Positions 10,901 to 24,209 of a stretch of DNA of 64,000 bases are shown here, in pieces. The DNA is from Octopus vulgaris. Lineage: Eukaryota. The DNA lies in NCBI GenBank assembly GCA_951406725.2, contig OX597833.1, positions 34,286,001-34,350,000 of the forward strand, written 5' to 3'. Below the pieces are notes generated by a model. The model did no database searches. It saw nothing but the letters and a program-made list of their open reading frames with translations, and was not told the DNA's origin. Within the stretch, counting starts at the first letter, position 1. Each line of letters starts with the position of its first letter. The position numbers and the translations under genes are program-made.

Positions 10901-11658
10901 CTCATTTGGAAATAGGGTTTTGCATCTGCTATTATTGCAGTTCTGTGTTTGAAGACTTCCGCAAACTTGTGGTGCATTTGGTATCACATGTAAGCAACCT
11001 AAAGAACCAGTGTGTGTTTTGCCGCAATATCTTAGTATCTACCACAAATCCCATCCAACACATGACAGAGTGTGGTGAATTGCAGTGTGTAATGTTTGAA
11101 GCTGGATCTTGTGTCAAAACAGAAAAATCCGAGGAAAAAAATAACAGCAAGGTGAAGACAAAGACAGAGAGTGCAGCAGAAAAGTCTGAGAAAGAAGTGG
11201 GTAATTTGGAAGAAAGACTTTTGGAGGAAGTGGAAAAACAAGCACTTGTAATACTAGAAAAGGAAGATGATGAGAATGTAAGGGAAGCAAAGGATGAAAA
11301 AAATACAAAAGGGGAAAGAGAAGAAACATGTATTGACTCAGAATCAAACAAATTGAACAAAGGGAATGCAAATAAGGAGGTGGAAATGAAAGTTGATAGG
11401 GTCAGTGCTGGTTCAAATAAAGATAATGGCCAAAAAGAAAAAAGTAGATTAATAGAAGAGGAGAAAGAAAAAACAATGATGAAAGAGGTAAAGGCAGAAG
11501 TAGAGAAACAGGGAATAGGAGCTGAAGAGCAAGAAGAGGAGAGTAAGGAAAATGTAAAAGAAGAAAAGCTAGATGAAGATAGTATTGAATGGAAGGTGAA
11601 AGAGGATTTTAACAGAACTGACCAATTGATTTCAGAACTTAATCAAGATACACTATAG
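7948..11658 (+). CDS. C2H2 zinc-finger protein, 1236 aa: 3 N-terminal fingers, long N/Q/S-rich repeat-bearing linker, 3 C-terminal fingers (last C2HC), E/K-rich tail
   Basis: 3.7-kb uninterrupted ORF; fingers CEHC..HMRNVH, CNIC..HMLTH, CPLC..HKDAH, CKYC..HLKSH, CYYC..HLVSH, CVFC..HMTEC; aaaaATGG start with in-frame TAA at 7912 and no AG in between. Confidence 0.92.
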   Translation: MGATHIEDASAQPGKLYTCEHCQMTFSRPVHLERHMRNVHSQERESECNICHKLFQNKHYLSVHMLTHNVNKELQCPLCKMTFNNLATLNKHKDAHLGIGVTQAQKDNLSNFRQPRTIANLLASNQSSRGNSSNVPLISVAPGINNANTLNCDLRSTDLRSMNKNKRNLLPNQVSLQNAMRLASNDTTVNCDLTSRDINSLNTNQTVRLAQKRPSNSDNDVIVTGVSSLKRPFRFQNLSNSTTPQNRQPSANQLSKAAAISLLSQQLASQKNSQNSLLQNQIQVQSSSTRQNSTHNPSGRNITDRIYLMPENGNSRNVVRMQQPSNFRYSQRKQLAQQPIPNQRYSTNSLYSNPLNQQSQRNVVNCDLTRSDLATISQRSGAAASNVTSQFSNGSKSNSTVNCDLTISNISSLNRNYRPSNNLLASRSRNSVSQNNLPSNRVRSAVNFDLTTADINFLRRNRRIRQVERLTDVGAPTVGQTSNTLNCDLSVVNLGAMERNKMPPSNNSRINRINLNQIPKQVQNTLNSGLRANNLNDWNKRNTIVYQQKNNQVLQSPTSHPVNTLNCDLTSVNLGTLNQQQAANNSNIVNQEVRPVQIYANSNVPLSSLVRKDISPRENSMTGTPTSSNSYPVQIVRNRSHQKRAVNVNPGVSTLNSPNAMLISRLNRQRKMLATPNNIPVIDLVAEEEKTSNVPSGSTDVVQFDLTNPDINIISYENGTSLSSSKSTSKNVVDIVDLESHDSSGRPPVLNNQASVVEFDLSNNNIRAFNTNQNRIPNTSTINLNSNLWASSNSTRNNSLNVQSATVANESSSSLSDITLVDIRSLKPSEEVTETVSRHVDEVGDKSSVSGITLVDIRSLSSAEIEANFQTSNKEPLTVTNSETSQMSHSSTRTGNVSDNYQVGDSSLTASKVPTLNPLIRPPSTKAIITVDLSSIDFEDIDEAKRTTPQASKSISEQYEDENFTCKYCSVKVRYLYNYIFHLKSHLEIGFCICYYCSSVFEDFRKLVVHLVSHVSNLKNQCVFCRNILVSTTNPIQHMTECGELQCVMFEAGSCVKTEKSEEKNNSKVKTKTESAAEKSEKEVGNLEERLLEEVEKQALVILEKEDDENVREAKDEKNTKGEREETCIDSESNKLNKGNANKEVEMKVDRVSAGSNKDNGQKEKSRLIEEEKEKTMMKEVKAEVEKQGIGAEEQEEESKENVKEEKLDEDSIEWKVKEDFNRTDQLISELNQDTL

Positions 11659-11689
11659 GGATATATCAAGAGACTGAAAACTTACATGG

Positions 11690-12364
11690 GAATATGTATA
11701 TGTGTGTACATATAATATAGGTGTGTGTGTGTGTGTGTGTGTGTACAAACATGCGTGTATGCATACAGGCGTATGTGTTGGCGTGCACAAAAGAGAATAA
11801 ACAAATCCTCAGTAGCTAAGATATATGTATCTGTGTGTATACAAGTACATTCACAGACATCACAATTCTTACACATTCATTATGTATCATTAAATATGTC
11901 TTAGATTATGCTGATATATGTGATAATGTAACTGTATGTTATTGCACATATGCATGCAAGTGTACTAGTGTCACATTTGTATGTGTATGTATCTGGATAC
12001 TGACACACACACACATGTATACACATGCATATATATTTACATATACAGGTTGGTTCAAAAGTTCCTGTAGCACACACACACACCATCATACATGTTGATT
12101 TTGGGCAAGATACTACCGGGTTGTACATTTAATTCATAGACTGGACTACATTTTGTCCAACTTCTGAATCTTGAAGAAGATATTTTCTTACATGTTACTC
12201 CAGTCTACCCAACTGAAATGGATAGCAGTCAAGTGCTTGTGTAGCCCTCTCCTACTCCAGACATCACATCATGAATGTCCTGATGGGTCAGTGGAGGGTT
12301 GAGAAGGCATCTTTGGTTTGCTCATGATAGCATGTTAAAGAATTACATACATATGTATGTATGT

Positions 12365-12433
<69 letters not shown>

Positions 12434-12553
12434 TATGCATACATATATATTTATATATCATTTAAATGCTAAAGGGACTTCTGAATCACTCAGTCTGAAC
12501 ATAATATACATACACATAACCATTATAATAATATGTATTTGTGTATATAAGTG

Positions 12554-12607
<54 letters not shown>

Positions 12608-12969
12608 AGAGTTCACTTATCCAACAATTACATGCATGCACACACACAATTAGATGTGCATTCTTACCCAGATAAATACATACACATGTGCACTTAGTAT
12701 GCACATGCTTGCAAAAGTGTGTGTTGGGCATACACTCACAGGTCTGTCACTCTTTATTCTTGTATGTGTATGTCTTTTAATCTTTTGTGTGTGTATATAA
12801 TATATTTTTGCTAGTAACTGATACATCTGGTGCTGGGTTTGAATGAAATTTTAATTTTTTTTTTGTTTTGTAATGAAGCATCATGTTAGTTTTGTTAATA
12901 GATAAATTCCACTCATTTCTTATTTATTGAATGCCTGTGTATACACACACACACACATATACACATGCA

Positions 12970-13056
<87 letters not shown>

Positions 13057-13210
13057 TCACATACATGTGCAAACATACATTCTTACATTCAAAAATTTAT
13101 ATATATATATATACATTTTAATTTATTGTAATTATCTTATAACTTTCTGACAAGTCTTAAAAGCTACATACACACACACATATGTACGTATGTATATATA
13201 CATATATAAA
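11690..13210. repeat. Microsatellite cluster (TG)n/(TA)n/(CA)n/(CT)n in the probable 3' UTR
   Basis: Direct inspection; source of the spurious [12 protein letters not shown] ORFs. Confidence 0.85.
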
Positions 13211-14607
13211 GAGTAATGTCTCCTGTGATACAAGAGACAACAATGTACAAAGGAAGTTGGTTACAGTAAAGGGACACTTGTTTTAACTATTGTTATGGAA
13301 CTTGTGCATAAGATATGATTTCATGAAATATATTTTAAATGCTATTTTTTTTTTTTAATTAAAAATATTTTTTACTTATGATTGTAATTCAGTAACACCC
13401 CACCCCATTTTTTCGCCCTGAAAATCTGTCTACTTTTACATACAATCATACAGTCACATATACACACTAACATATGTACATACATATTTGAATTCGTAGA
13501 GTTGAAATAGCTGGTTAGGATGTTATACTTGGATTGTGCTTCATTTAGGTTTGGAGTTCATATTCCACAGTTGAAAATACTTTTTATTGATTTTATTCCT
13601 TCAAAAGGTGGTAGAATTGTTAGCATGCTGGACAAAGTGCTTGGCAGCATTTCAACCATCTTTTTGAATTCAAATTTTGCTGAGGCTGACTTTGCCTTTT
13701 TTTTTTTTTTTTTTTTTGAATCAGTAAAATAAGTACCAGTTGAGTATTAACCGTTCCTTCAAAATTTCAGGCACAAAGCATGAAATTTTGAAGGAAGGGT
13801 TAGTTGAATTTTGTAGTTGAAAAGACTAATTTTATTTCTTCAGTTGTTGATGCTGTTGTTACTGCTATCTTCAGTTACCATTGCTCAATATAATGAATTA
13901 TGCCATGAATAGATGTAACTGAGTTAAAATGAAAAAACAACTTCCCAAACATTCAGTTTCTAGAATCAACCCACCTTTTTATATGTAGATATAACTCATC
14001 TAGTGTGCTGGTCTGGAACACATAAATCATTTTAAAGTCATTATAAAGGCAGATAATTGGCAGAATCAGTAGAATATTGGACCAAATACATTGTGGCACC
14101 TGGCTACATCCTTTTACATTCTGAGTTCAAATTGACCCCATGACCACTTTGCCTTTCATCCATCTGAAATCAATAAAATATGTGCTCAGGTAATCAATTA
14201 TAGGAAGTTGTGTCCTAGAATGGCCACAGTTGAATCACTGAAATCAATAAAAAGAATAAGAGAATATGATTAGGCAAAACTGTGTAGTTAAGAAGTTTTG
14301 TTTGCAGCCACATGGTTTCAGGTTCAGTCACATTGTATGTGACCTAGGGTACATTTCTTATACTGTAGCCTCAGATGACTCAATATATTGTGAAATTTGG
14401 TAGATAAAAATTCTCAGAAAAGGGACCAGACATTCTGCTGGAAATTAGCATTCTATCCAAGGGGAGAGATTTATGTCACAAAGTCTTAATGTCAGAGAAA
14501 CTAGAGCTAAGCATTTTATCAGTTGCTTGATTTGTAGATTCCATATAATGTGTGTTTGTCTCAGTTAAGTCAACATACTTAAAAATATGGTCGGTAATTA
14601 TAAATTG

Positions 14608-14654
<47 letters not shown>

Positions 14655-15642
14655 ATCAATTTGCTATCTAGCCAGTTGACTTTGATATTGCAGTATTTTC
14701 TAGTAGAGCATCATTAAACCTAGCTAGTCTATTATTTGTTTCCAGATAACCTCTGATTAAGCAGACCTATTATCAAAGACCATCATTTTTTCTCCTCTCA
14801 AATATAGTTTATCTATGACTAAAGTATCTAAGGTAAGAGATTTTGCTGTTGTTTCTAGCAGTTCAAGAAACTGCATAATGGTCCAATGCAGCAATCAAAT
14901 CAGAGCTCCTTTGTTAGCTCATGTATCTATGACAGCAGCATAATCTTGTTATATCTGGAATGACCTTGGTGTGAAACAAAATTTCACATCTTGCTTTTTA
15001 TTTATTTATTTATTTTGATATCCTTCATATGAATTAGAAATATATTCTGTTGCTGGCAAGATCAGATTCAAGAAGAGTTATTTACCTTACCCAAAGGCTG
15101 TATTATATAGCTTTCATTTTATAACTATATGGTTATTACTCTAGCATATTAACTTCAGTAAGTATATACATCCATACAATATACATATATATATACTTGG
15201 GGTGCTGTATTAGTTGGCACAATTGTTTTTACAGTTGCATGCACCCCTTAATGCTAATCACTCTCAATCATAAAACAAGTCTGTTCATATTTCATTTCTT
15301 CTTTTTTTTTGTTCAGTCAGGCCAGTGGGGGGGGGGGGGGCACCAGGATGAAAAATCCTTGTTTGGCAGAATGCAACAGTAATAACAGCTTATGGTCAGT
15401 AGCCCAACATAACTACACCCACACCACCATTCACCCCATCCACACACATACCTTTGTATGTGTGAATATAGACATACATACATGCATACATATTTATTCA
15501 AAGCTTTTAATTCAGTTCATCACTACTCTCAAACAAATTACTTCTGTTATATATTTTGAGTACTCTTTCTGTCCTTTGATTTCAAAATTTAGAAACATCT
15601 CCATGTTTTTCTCTCTCTCTCTCCTGTGTGTGTGTGTGTATA

Positions 15643-15692
<50 letters not shown>

Positions 15693-16786
15693 CAAATTAA
15701 ATTGTTAGGAGACAAAAAGTCGTATACATTTTATGTGTGTGTGTGTGTGTATGTATATATATATATGTGTGTGTGTGTATATAGTTACCAGAGGTGTTTG
15801 GGGAAACATTGCTTTTGTTTGAAACATTTATTTACAACTTTTCATATTTATTATTAAAAGGAATAAAAAAGATAAAATATGAAACATTATTAAAAAGAAA
15901 AGGCAAAGAAACATTGAAATATGAATTATCAACATTTTATTTGAATGTTATCAGATGTACAGCAACTGAAATTAGAAACAGTTCAGACTTTATATCCCAG
16001 TGCCTCTACTGTGTGTAGGGATTATGCAATTTGTCTTTAACAACTGATATTATGACTTTTGTTGGGGAGGGAGGTGACAGAGAGTCTGTGAAATTGTAAA
16101 AAAAAAAAACAATAACATTATTAGAAGAAAAAGGAAAGGACAAGAACTTTATACAAAGTAGCACAGATGCTGTAAAGATCTATATTTGAGACTTGTGTAC
16201 ATACATATATATATATATATGCATGTAGAGTGTACGTAAAAGAACTTCATTTTGGCTGTAACCTATATCTCTCATGTGTCATTCAATGGTTATTATCGCT
16301 CAAGTCCTGAAAGAGACAAAAAAAAAAAAATGTGTGTGTGTGTGTGTGCATGTACATCAGAGTTTAACTGAGCTGAAATTCTCTTCTAATTTCATATCTT
16401 TTGTATAATACTTTGGTCCTTCAGAAATGTTTTAATGAAAATGTCTGGAATTTTGTAATAAAAAACATAAATAAATACGTAAAAACAAAAAGAGACAATA
16501 TAAAAATTAATAAATAATTAAATCAATCGACTGAAGTATCTTCATCGGTATTTCATCAACAGTGTTATATATGGGATTCTACATGATTGGTAGCATGCAT
16601 TTTTTTCCACAAAATCCTAATTATTATTCTACCATCCCAACTTATGTCATTTTTCAGAAATTCTTCTTTTGCTCCTGGTCTAAGGATAATTTCAGAAGCT
16701 CTTCTTCACCGTTTTACTGATTTATTTCCTTGACAAAATTTTGTAAAATCTAAAGGAAACTATCCCACTCAGCCAAAAGGATTTAA

Positions 16787-17002
16787 CCCCTAAGCCTTTG
16801 AACTGGCCTTATCCAGCCAAAATATTCTGCCTGTTTTATGTTCTAAACTGTCCAGATCTGGCCTCTCACTTCTACCCTACAATTACATTCTAAAAATAAG
16901 CAATCATTAAAATTTTGAAGTTACAAGACAATCCATGATTAATTCAAAACAATGTGAATAAATAAGCATCACCTTTAACAGAGTAATTTGAATGCTAAAG
17001 AG
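16787..17002. mobile_element. piggyBac-type MITE
   Basis: TTAA|ccc(c)taagcctttgaa ... tttgaatgctaaagag|TTAA: imperfect TIRs with TTAA TSD. Confidence 0.6.
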
Positions 17003-17496
17003 TTAATAGAAATGTGCACCTTGTAACACCTAGGCTCTTGATGGGGATATAAGAATTTTGGGGGTTCCCACACGAAAAAAATAATAAATTGGAGATCCAC
17101 AATAGTACTTTAAGAGTCCCTGAAAAAATTTTGCTTTAGATGTATGAGTTGATATATATTGCAAGAAACAGCTGAGTTTCTTTCTCTAATGTTTTCCATA
17201 GTTCAACCTACACATTTTTGTGAAAAACAAAATAGGAATTTTGAAAGAAATTTCTATAAAACTAGTTTTTAAACATCAAATGGCTATGGGGGCCCACCAA
17301 GGAGTTCATAGATTTTAAAAAATGGTTCAGAACCCCCGGCATAAAGTCAGTGTTTGACAGAAAATTTGTTTAAATTTCCTGTAAATTCATTTTGAATTCA
17401 TGCACCAAGCTCACTGGTCTTATATGTGATTGATTGTGTATTTTTAACTCTATTATGAAACTGTGTTAGTTCACAAGTGACTCTACTAATGTATAT

Positions 17497-19430
17497 ATCA
17501 TCATCATCATCATATTTTGACTGTTTTCCATGCTGGCATGGGTTAAATGGTTTGGCAGGAACTGACTAGTCAAAAGACTGCACCAAGCTCTGTTGTCTAC
17601 TTTGGCATGGTTTCTATGGTGAGGTGTCCTTCTTAATGCCAGTTACTTTACAGAGTGTACTAGGTGCTTTTTATGTGGTACCTGCAGCAGTGAGGTCACC
17701 AAGTAACTTGCAAGACAAAAACTCCTTCAATTGAGAGGGGAATAGTATTGAGAGACAGAAAAAGATGTCTTGTGATAGAGAGATGGTGAAGATGTAACAG
17801 ACAGGTGTACATCCAAGATATAGTGATTGGAGAGGATGAGTAGGTGAGTAAGCTCAAGAGATTTGCAAAAAGAGAGTGGGAGATGGAAGGAGAGGGAATG
17901 TGATGAGTGGGCACCGGTAGAGGGAGACAGTATTAGGAGAGATATGTTGTGGGGAAGAGATTTGATGGACATTTTGTGCTGAGAAGTTTGTGAGGGGGAA
18001 ATGGGTTGTGGGGAGAGATTTGTTGAGACAGATTGTGTCAGTGGAAGGCATAAACATAAAGGACATGCCTCTATGGTCTCAATTTTACTTTGCTGGATGG
18101 GTCTTCTCAAGCACAGCAAATTGCCAATTGTCTTAATCCTTTATCATCTCTGAGGCTCAGTATCTGAAGATCATTTTTCACTGCTTTGTCCCACATTTAA
18201 TGATTGGCATTTCTTTATGCAGCTATCTTCATCAATACACATCAGATGACTGTACCAGCATAGAATTCTCTCTTGTACACTACATTTGATGCCTCTTAAA
18301 CCCAATTTCATATTCAAAACATTTACTTTTTGTTTTATGTGCATGCTGACATTGCACATCCTGGAGAACATGCTGGCTTCATTTCTTTCAAGCCTTTGCA
18401 TGGCCTCTGCATTCACAGCCCATCTTTCACTGCCATATAGCATAGCTGTCACCACACATGCATCATACTATCTGCTTTTCACTCTGATAGAGAGGCCCTT
18501 TGTAACAAACAAAAGTAATAGCTCTGAACTTTGCCCAGCCCATTCTTATCCTATCAACTGTACTTTCAGAGCAACCTCCTCCACTGCTAACTTGGTTGCC
18601 TGGACATTTGGAGGAAACCTGTACATTCTTGGTGTTCATTGTACCTTCACCTGCCACACAAAGACTACTTTCTCTGTTAACCTTTCTGCAATACTGCTGC
18701 AACTTTTATGTGTCCATAGCCTGCACTGAGAACACTATGGAATTTCTATGTATACCTTTCATACACATTGAGCATATTAATCCTGAATGGATTAGTAATT
18801 TGTATTTTCCTGTTTACTAGTACTTTGGTTTGCTAAATTAACTCTAAGGACTTTTGGTTCCAGTCTTTGCATCCACACCTGAAATTTCTTCCCTAACTAG
18901 TAGAGATTTAGCTCTAAGAACAAAGTCACTGACATGGTGGAGCTCCCATGAGCAGCAGTCTTAAATTTCTCTATTATAACCTGGTGGATTATGATAAACA
19001 AAGAGGGGATGGGAACCAATCCTTGGTGAACTACCTGCACATTGAAATCATTGCTGACTTTCATCTTACTGACAGCATATCTTGAATGGCTCTCACTAAC
19101 ACTCATCTACCTCTAACTGATCACCAGATGAGGGAACAATAGACCCTGCCAAAGTCTTTCTCAATGTTGACAAAGGCTAAGTACAGCAGTTTATTCTTCA
19201 CTAAATACTTCTACCTTACTAGGAAATAGCATCAGTAGCATCTGCCTACCAAATCTCCCTGTCACAAAACCAAACTGCATCCAGTCTACATTAACAATCT
19301 TCCTAATTATTTGAGCTATAACCTTTTCTGAACTCTCATGATCTGGTCCAACAATTTGATACCTCTAATTACTTTTGTCTAAGGCATCTCCTTTATCTTT
19401 GTAGCAGTTCACTATAATGCTACTATACCT
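17497..19430 (-). mobile_element. Older, degraded RTE LINE
   Basis: MLYGSERW, RMGWAKFR, ERILCWYSHL and RT N-terminal remnants (YKDKGDAL, MQFGFV); (GAT)n tail at ~17497. Confidence 0.8.
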
Positions 19431-19711
19431 GTAGTAACATTGATTAACTAACTGTATGGGTGACTAGCTCATATTCACTCTAATATGTACACATATATTC
19501 CTTCTTTTATTCTTTTTACTTGTTTCAGTCATTTGACTGCAGCCATGTTGGAGTACTGCCTTGAAGGGTTTTAGTCGAACAAATCAACCCCAAGACTTCT
19601 TAAGCCAAGTACTTATTCTATCGGTTTCTTTTTCCAAACTGCTAAGTTACAACACTGGTTGTCAAGCAGTAATGGAGGGGACAAACACAAGCACAAAGAC
19701 ACACACACATA

Positions 19712-21223
19712 CACCCAGAACCACACTAATAGCTTAGGAGTGATATTTAGGATTTCTCAGGTTTTTTGTGAATCGATTTTGTTACAGCTTTTCCCAGCTG
19801 GTTTGCACACTATCGCAACACCATTGTTATGTTTTCATTATTCTGTGTAACGGCCTTTATTTTTATTTCAGATTCTTCAGTTTTTGGGTGAATTACACTT
19901 ATAGCTTTTGAATGAAAATAGCCCATCTAGACATTTTTGTTTTTCAGAAAATGAAGGGTAATGATACATATTAAGCATACATTGAGTCTATATTTAACAG
20001 AAAACCATAATAATATTATAACATTTATTGACATAATGAATTATTTAGCCACATGAGTGTCATTTTGACAGATAACTTCCTATTAGTTATGGAATCTGTT
20101 GATTTCTTAATAGTAGCAGGTAGGACTGCCTCTGCTGCAGCTTTGATGGTTGCCCATAAGACATCTTTTGACATAAATTGGTGTCTATTAGCATAAACAT
20201 CTTGTTTAATGATGGACCAAAGACTTTTGATAGGGTTGAGATCTGGAGATGATAGTAGCTACACCATCAACCTTTCACCTTGTATGCTGTAAGACCCTAA
20301 GAATGTTTGGGTGGTCCTAACAGAGTGGGAGGGAGTGTTATGCATGAATACGAGATTCCTTAGAAGTGACAGCAGTATGTAATCTATCCAAGGATCCAAG
20401 ACCTCCTTCAGGAGATTGCAAGAGGCGGCTGTGGTCACTTTAACCTCTTCAGGCACCCTGACTGGGCCAACAAGTCTGTCCCCAATGATACCAGCCCACA
20501 ACATGACTCCTCCACCCTGTTGTTGACATCGTAAATGTTGGTGATGCTCATCTCCAAAATAGACACAAGCCCAACCGTCAGGTTCATCAAGGGTCGCCCT
20601 GGTTTCGTCAGTGAACAGAACACAAGTCTAACATCATGTACTTTTTGGTCTATTAAAGCCTCAAACTCCTGTGGGGAGGCAGTTTCAGGGATTCTCACAT
20701 GGAAGCCATGGTCCTGAGGATGCAATTTCTGGTGGTTTTCAGTACATGAGGAAGTCTGGAGGTGATGGAAATGGCTGCTTGATTGTCCAGGTTTCCCATG
20801 TAATTTGTGGCCAATATTCCTTAAATCCCTAGCTGTTCCAGTCTTGGAGGTCCCACAATTAGATTGTTTCTTCCTTAGCACTCGTGTGGCTAAATAATTC
20901 ATTATGTCAATAAATGTTATAATAATAATATGGTTTTCTGTTAAATATATATACAATGTATGCTTAATATGTATCATTACCTTTCATTTTCTGAAAAAAA
21001 AAATATGTCCAAACGAGCTATTTTCATTCAAAAGCTGTAAGTGTGGTTCACCCAAAAACTGAAAAGTTTGATATAAAAAAAGAAAGGACTTTACACAGAA
21101 TAATGAAAACATAAGTGTTGCTATAGTGTGCAAACCAGCTGGGAAAAGTTTTATCAAAATTGATTCACAGAAAACCAAGAAATCTTAAATATCACTCCTA
21201 AGCTATTAGTGTGGTTCTGGGTG
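19712..21223 (-). mobile_element. Tc1-family transposon with ~345-bp TIRs, TRT/DD37E-like, disrupted transposase
   Basis: TA|CACCCAGAACCACACTAATAGC...GCTATTAGTGTGGTTCTGGGTG|TA; LFTDETRATLDEPDGW, QQGGGGVMLWAGI, FMHNTPSH, SPDLNPIK. Confidence 0.85.
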
Positions 21224-21245
21224 TAGATATATAAATATATATATA

Positions 21246-22502
21246 CTAGCTGACATACCTGGTAATTCTCAGAAAAGCAGAGCTTATGCCTTGGTCCCAT
21301 TCTCATAATTGTTTCACTAATCCAATAGCAATGATACAAAGTATGCATCACTTGAAATGGTTTTTGTGCATTTACAGAGAATATGAAACCATCTTACATA
21401 AGATCTTGCTTTTAGGAAATTCCAATAAGTTATGGATACCAAAATTGTGGAGTCAGTTACGTAATAACATGCAAATTAGTTACCCAATAGTAACAATTCA
21501 AATAAAGTAGTCCTGAAAAGAGCTTTAATGCGTTCCCAGAGTATATAGAACTTGGGAGGAAATACCAGTAAGGTATGTATACCATAATCGTAAAGCATGC
21601 TACATAATAACAGGCAAATTAGATATGAGATAAGTAAATCTGAAAAGGGCTTTTGTGTGTTCCCAGTGAATATAACCCTGAGGAGGGCTAATGTTGAAAT
21701 AGATTTCCAATGAATGTAGAAACAGACTGACATTTAGTAGACTTGGCTGAAGTGACATGAAAGCAGCTTCATTCATGGTATATTCGAAATAGGTGGATCT
21801 ATTGTTGAAAATGTGTTTACTTGTTTAAGGGTTATTCTGGGTAAAGTGTGAAAATAACCCTTACAGTTCAAATACTAAGAAATAAACATACTCAACTTGA
21901 TTTATACCAAATAAAATGTAATATTTTGAGAATTTTTTTCATGGTTGCCATGGACACAGTATGTTAATGGTAAAATTTGTAAATAAGTTGTGATATTGAT
22001 ATCTCCATAAACCATGGTCTAATTTTACTGAAATTTGTTTTAAATGGTAGATCTTAGGTAGGTCTATGAAATGCCATTAAATTTATATATTGACTTAGGA
22101 CAGGGGTTAGATTGATACTGAACTCATAGACCTTGTCTGACAACTTCTTGTAAGGACGTCCATATAATGTAGAATGCACATGCATTTATACAACGTAACC
22201 ACTGGTGACCGGTTACTCTAATGATATTGCTTCTCTAATAAATGGCGGGAGAAATGACCAGTGGGCAAAAGAGAAAATTAAAGAAAGATGAATGGGTTAT
22301 TTCCCCTTGGCCATTAAAAGAAAGTAGATGGGTCGTATTTGGACCCCTTCTAGGGGCCCTAGCTGTCGAATTAGATTGCAATGAGCCTAGTAATAAACTG
22401 GATGTTGGTTTAACATGTATGCAAAGTTTCATGAAGATTTGTTAATGAGTGTAGACAGTAATTTGACACAACCAAACAGATTGCCTTTTATATATGTATA
22501 GA
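21246..22502 (-). mobile_element. Non-autonomous Helitron (older)
   Basis: Minus 5' A|TCTATACATATATAAAAGGCA (22502); 3' CTGAGAATTACCAGG-N7-CTAG|T (21246), a decayed version of the hairpin in the other Helitrons. Confidence 0.65.
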
Positions 22503-23687
22503 TATATATAACAGGCTTCTTTCAGTTTCTGTTTGCAAGATCCACTCACAAGGCTTTGGTTGACCCAAGGCTACAGTAGAAGACACTTGCCAAAGGTGTC
22601 ACATCGTGGGACTGAACCTGGAGTGATGTGGTTGGAGAACAATATATCCTTTTTCTATATCTTTATTTTTTACTTGTTTCAGTCCTTGTTGGGGCACTAC
22701 TTTGAAGGGTGTAAACAAACAGCTTCACTTCTAGTATTATATATTCTATCAGTACCTTTTTAGCAAATCTCTAAGTTATAGGAATGTAAACACACCAGTT
22801 GTCAACCAGTAGGGTGGAAGCAAACACAAAGATACATATATAAGTATATACATAAATGATGAGCTTCCACACAATTTCTGTCTCTCAAATCCATTGAAGG
22901 TATTGATAAGCATGAAGCTGTAATAGAGGACACTAGTCCCAGGTGCCATTGAAAACAAATTTCTTACACACAGCTATGCCCACACCTATGTATATATCTT
23001 CCACATGATGATATACAATGCATTTCACAATCTGGTCACACTGAGAGAGGAAAGCTAAAACAACAGAGTGGGAGTGAATGAAAGTCAGAAATGGTAAATG
23101 CAAGTGAACTGAAGTGAGGTTTTACTCTGATGTCATTGGTATTTTAATCAAAATGAAACTGCAAATTTTTATTGTAAACAAGAAAGAATTGCCCATGTCA
23201 AATTTGTATGTATAGATTTAATTTACCAATTTCATGCAAACACACACACACACATACATACACATATGAAATTAAACTCTTCCTTTTCAAAAATCATCCA
23301 TGTAACTTATATGCATACATATACATACATGCATACACACACACACACATAAATATATATGAATATACACACATATGTATCATATATATATATATATATA
23401 TATATACATACATACATACATACATGCATATATATATATATAAATATACAATTTGAAAATAGGATAAAATCTTCATAAGAATTTATCAAGTAGTTAGCGT
23501 AAAAAACCTCATAAGAGAAAAAAAAAGCCGTCAATTTTTTTTTCCTTTAAATTTATTTATATTATATAGAGGGCATTATTACACATAGATGCCTCACGCT
23601 AGGAGGAACTCTTAAAGTCAAAACTACTAAAATAAACACATCATACCAAAACAATTCTCGAAGCAGGTCATTTAAAAACAGAATTTA

Positions 23688-23754
23688 GCCGCATATCACA
23701 CTGTGATTTCGTAATCGGTGCAGTTTTATGCACTTTTTACTCTTCAGTGCAAGC
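23688..23754 (-). ncRNA. Type I hammerhead ribozyme, copy A (intact core)
   Basis: gcttgca CTGAAGA GTAA-aaa-GTGCA-taaaac-TGCAC-cga-TTAC GAAA TCAC-agt-GTGA TA|tgcggc. Confidence 0.85.
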
Positions 23755-24142
23755 ATAATTCAAGATATATAATGAATAAACAAAAACAACATACCAAGCA
23801 ACAGCTATCGTATCCAACGCAGCATGTAGGAATGTTTACCCCTTACACATCTATATAAATGGTGGGCTTTTTCGAATTGCATTTCGGTAACAACGTGCTT
23901 ATTCAAAATAAAAATTCATTATTGAATATACTCCGGTTAAATTTACAATTTAAAAATAGGATAAAATCTTCATAAGAAAAACCTCATAAGAGAAAAAAAA
24001 ACCCATCAGTTTTTTTCCTTTAAATTTATTTATTTATATTATATAGAGGGCACTATTACACATAGATACCTCATGCTAGTTGGATACAATAGCTGTTCGC
24101 TTGGTATGTTGTTTTGTTTATTCATTATACATCTTGAATTAT

Positions 24143-24209
24143 GCTTGCACTGAAGAGTAAAACATGTATAAAGCTGCACCGATTACGAAATCACAGTGTG
24201 ATATGCAGC
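24143..24209 (+). ncRNA. Type I hammerhead ribozyme, copy B (intact core)
   Basis: gcttgca CTGAAGA (24150-56) GTAA...TTAC GAAA TCAC-agt-GTGA TA|tgcagc; predicted cleavage after 24203. Confidence 0.85.

Noticed and set aside
10353-11371. Antisense ORFs within the zinc-finger CDS
   Set aside because: Shadow frames of a biased coding strand; no independent motifs
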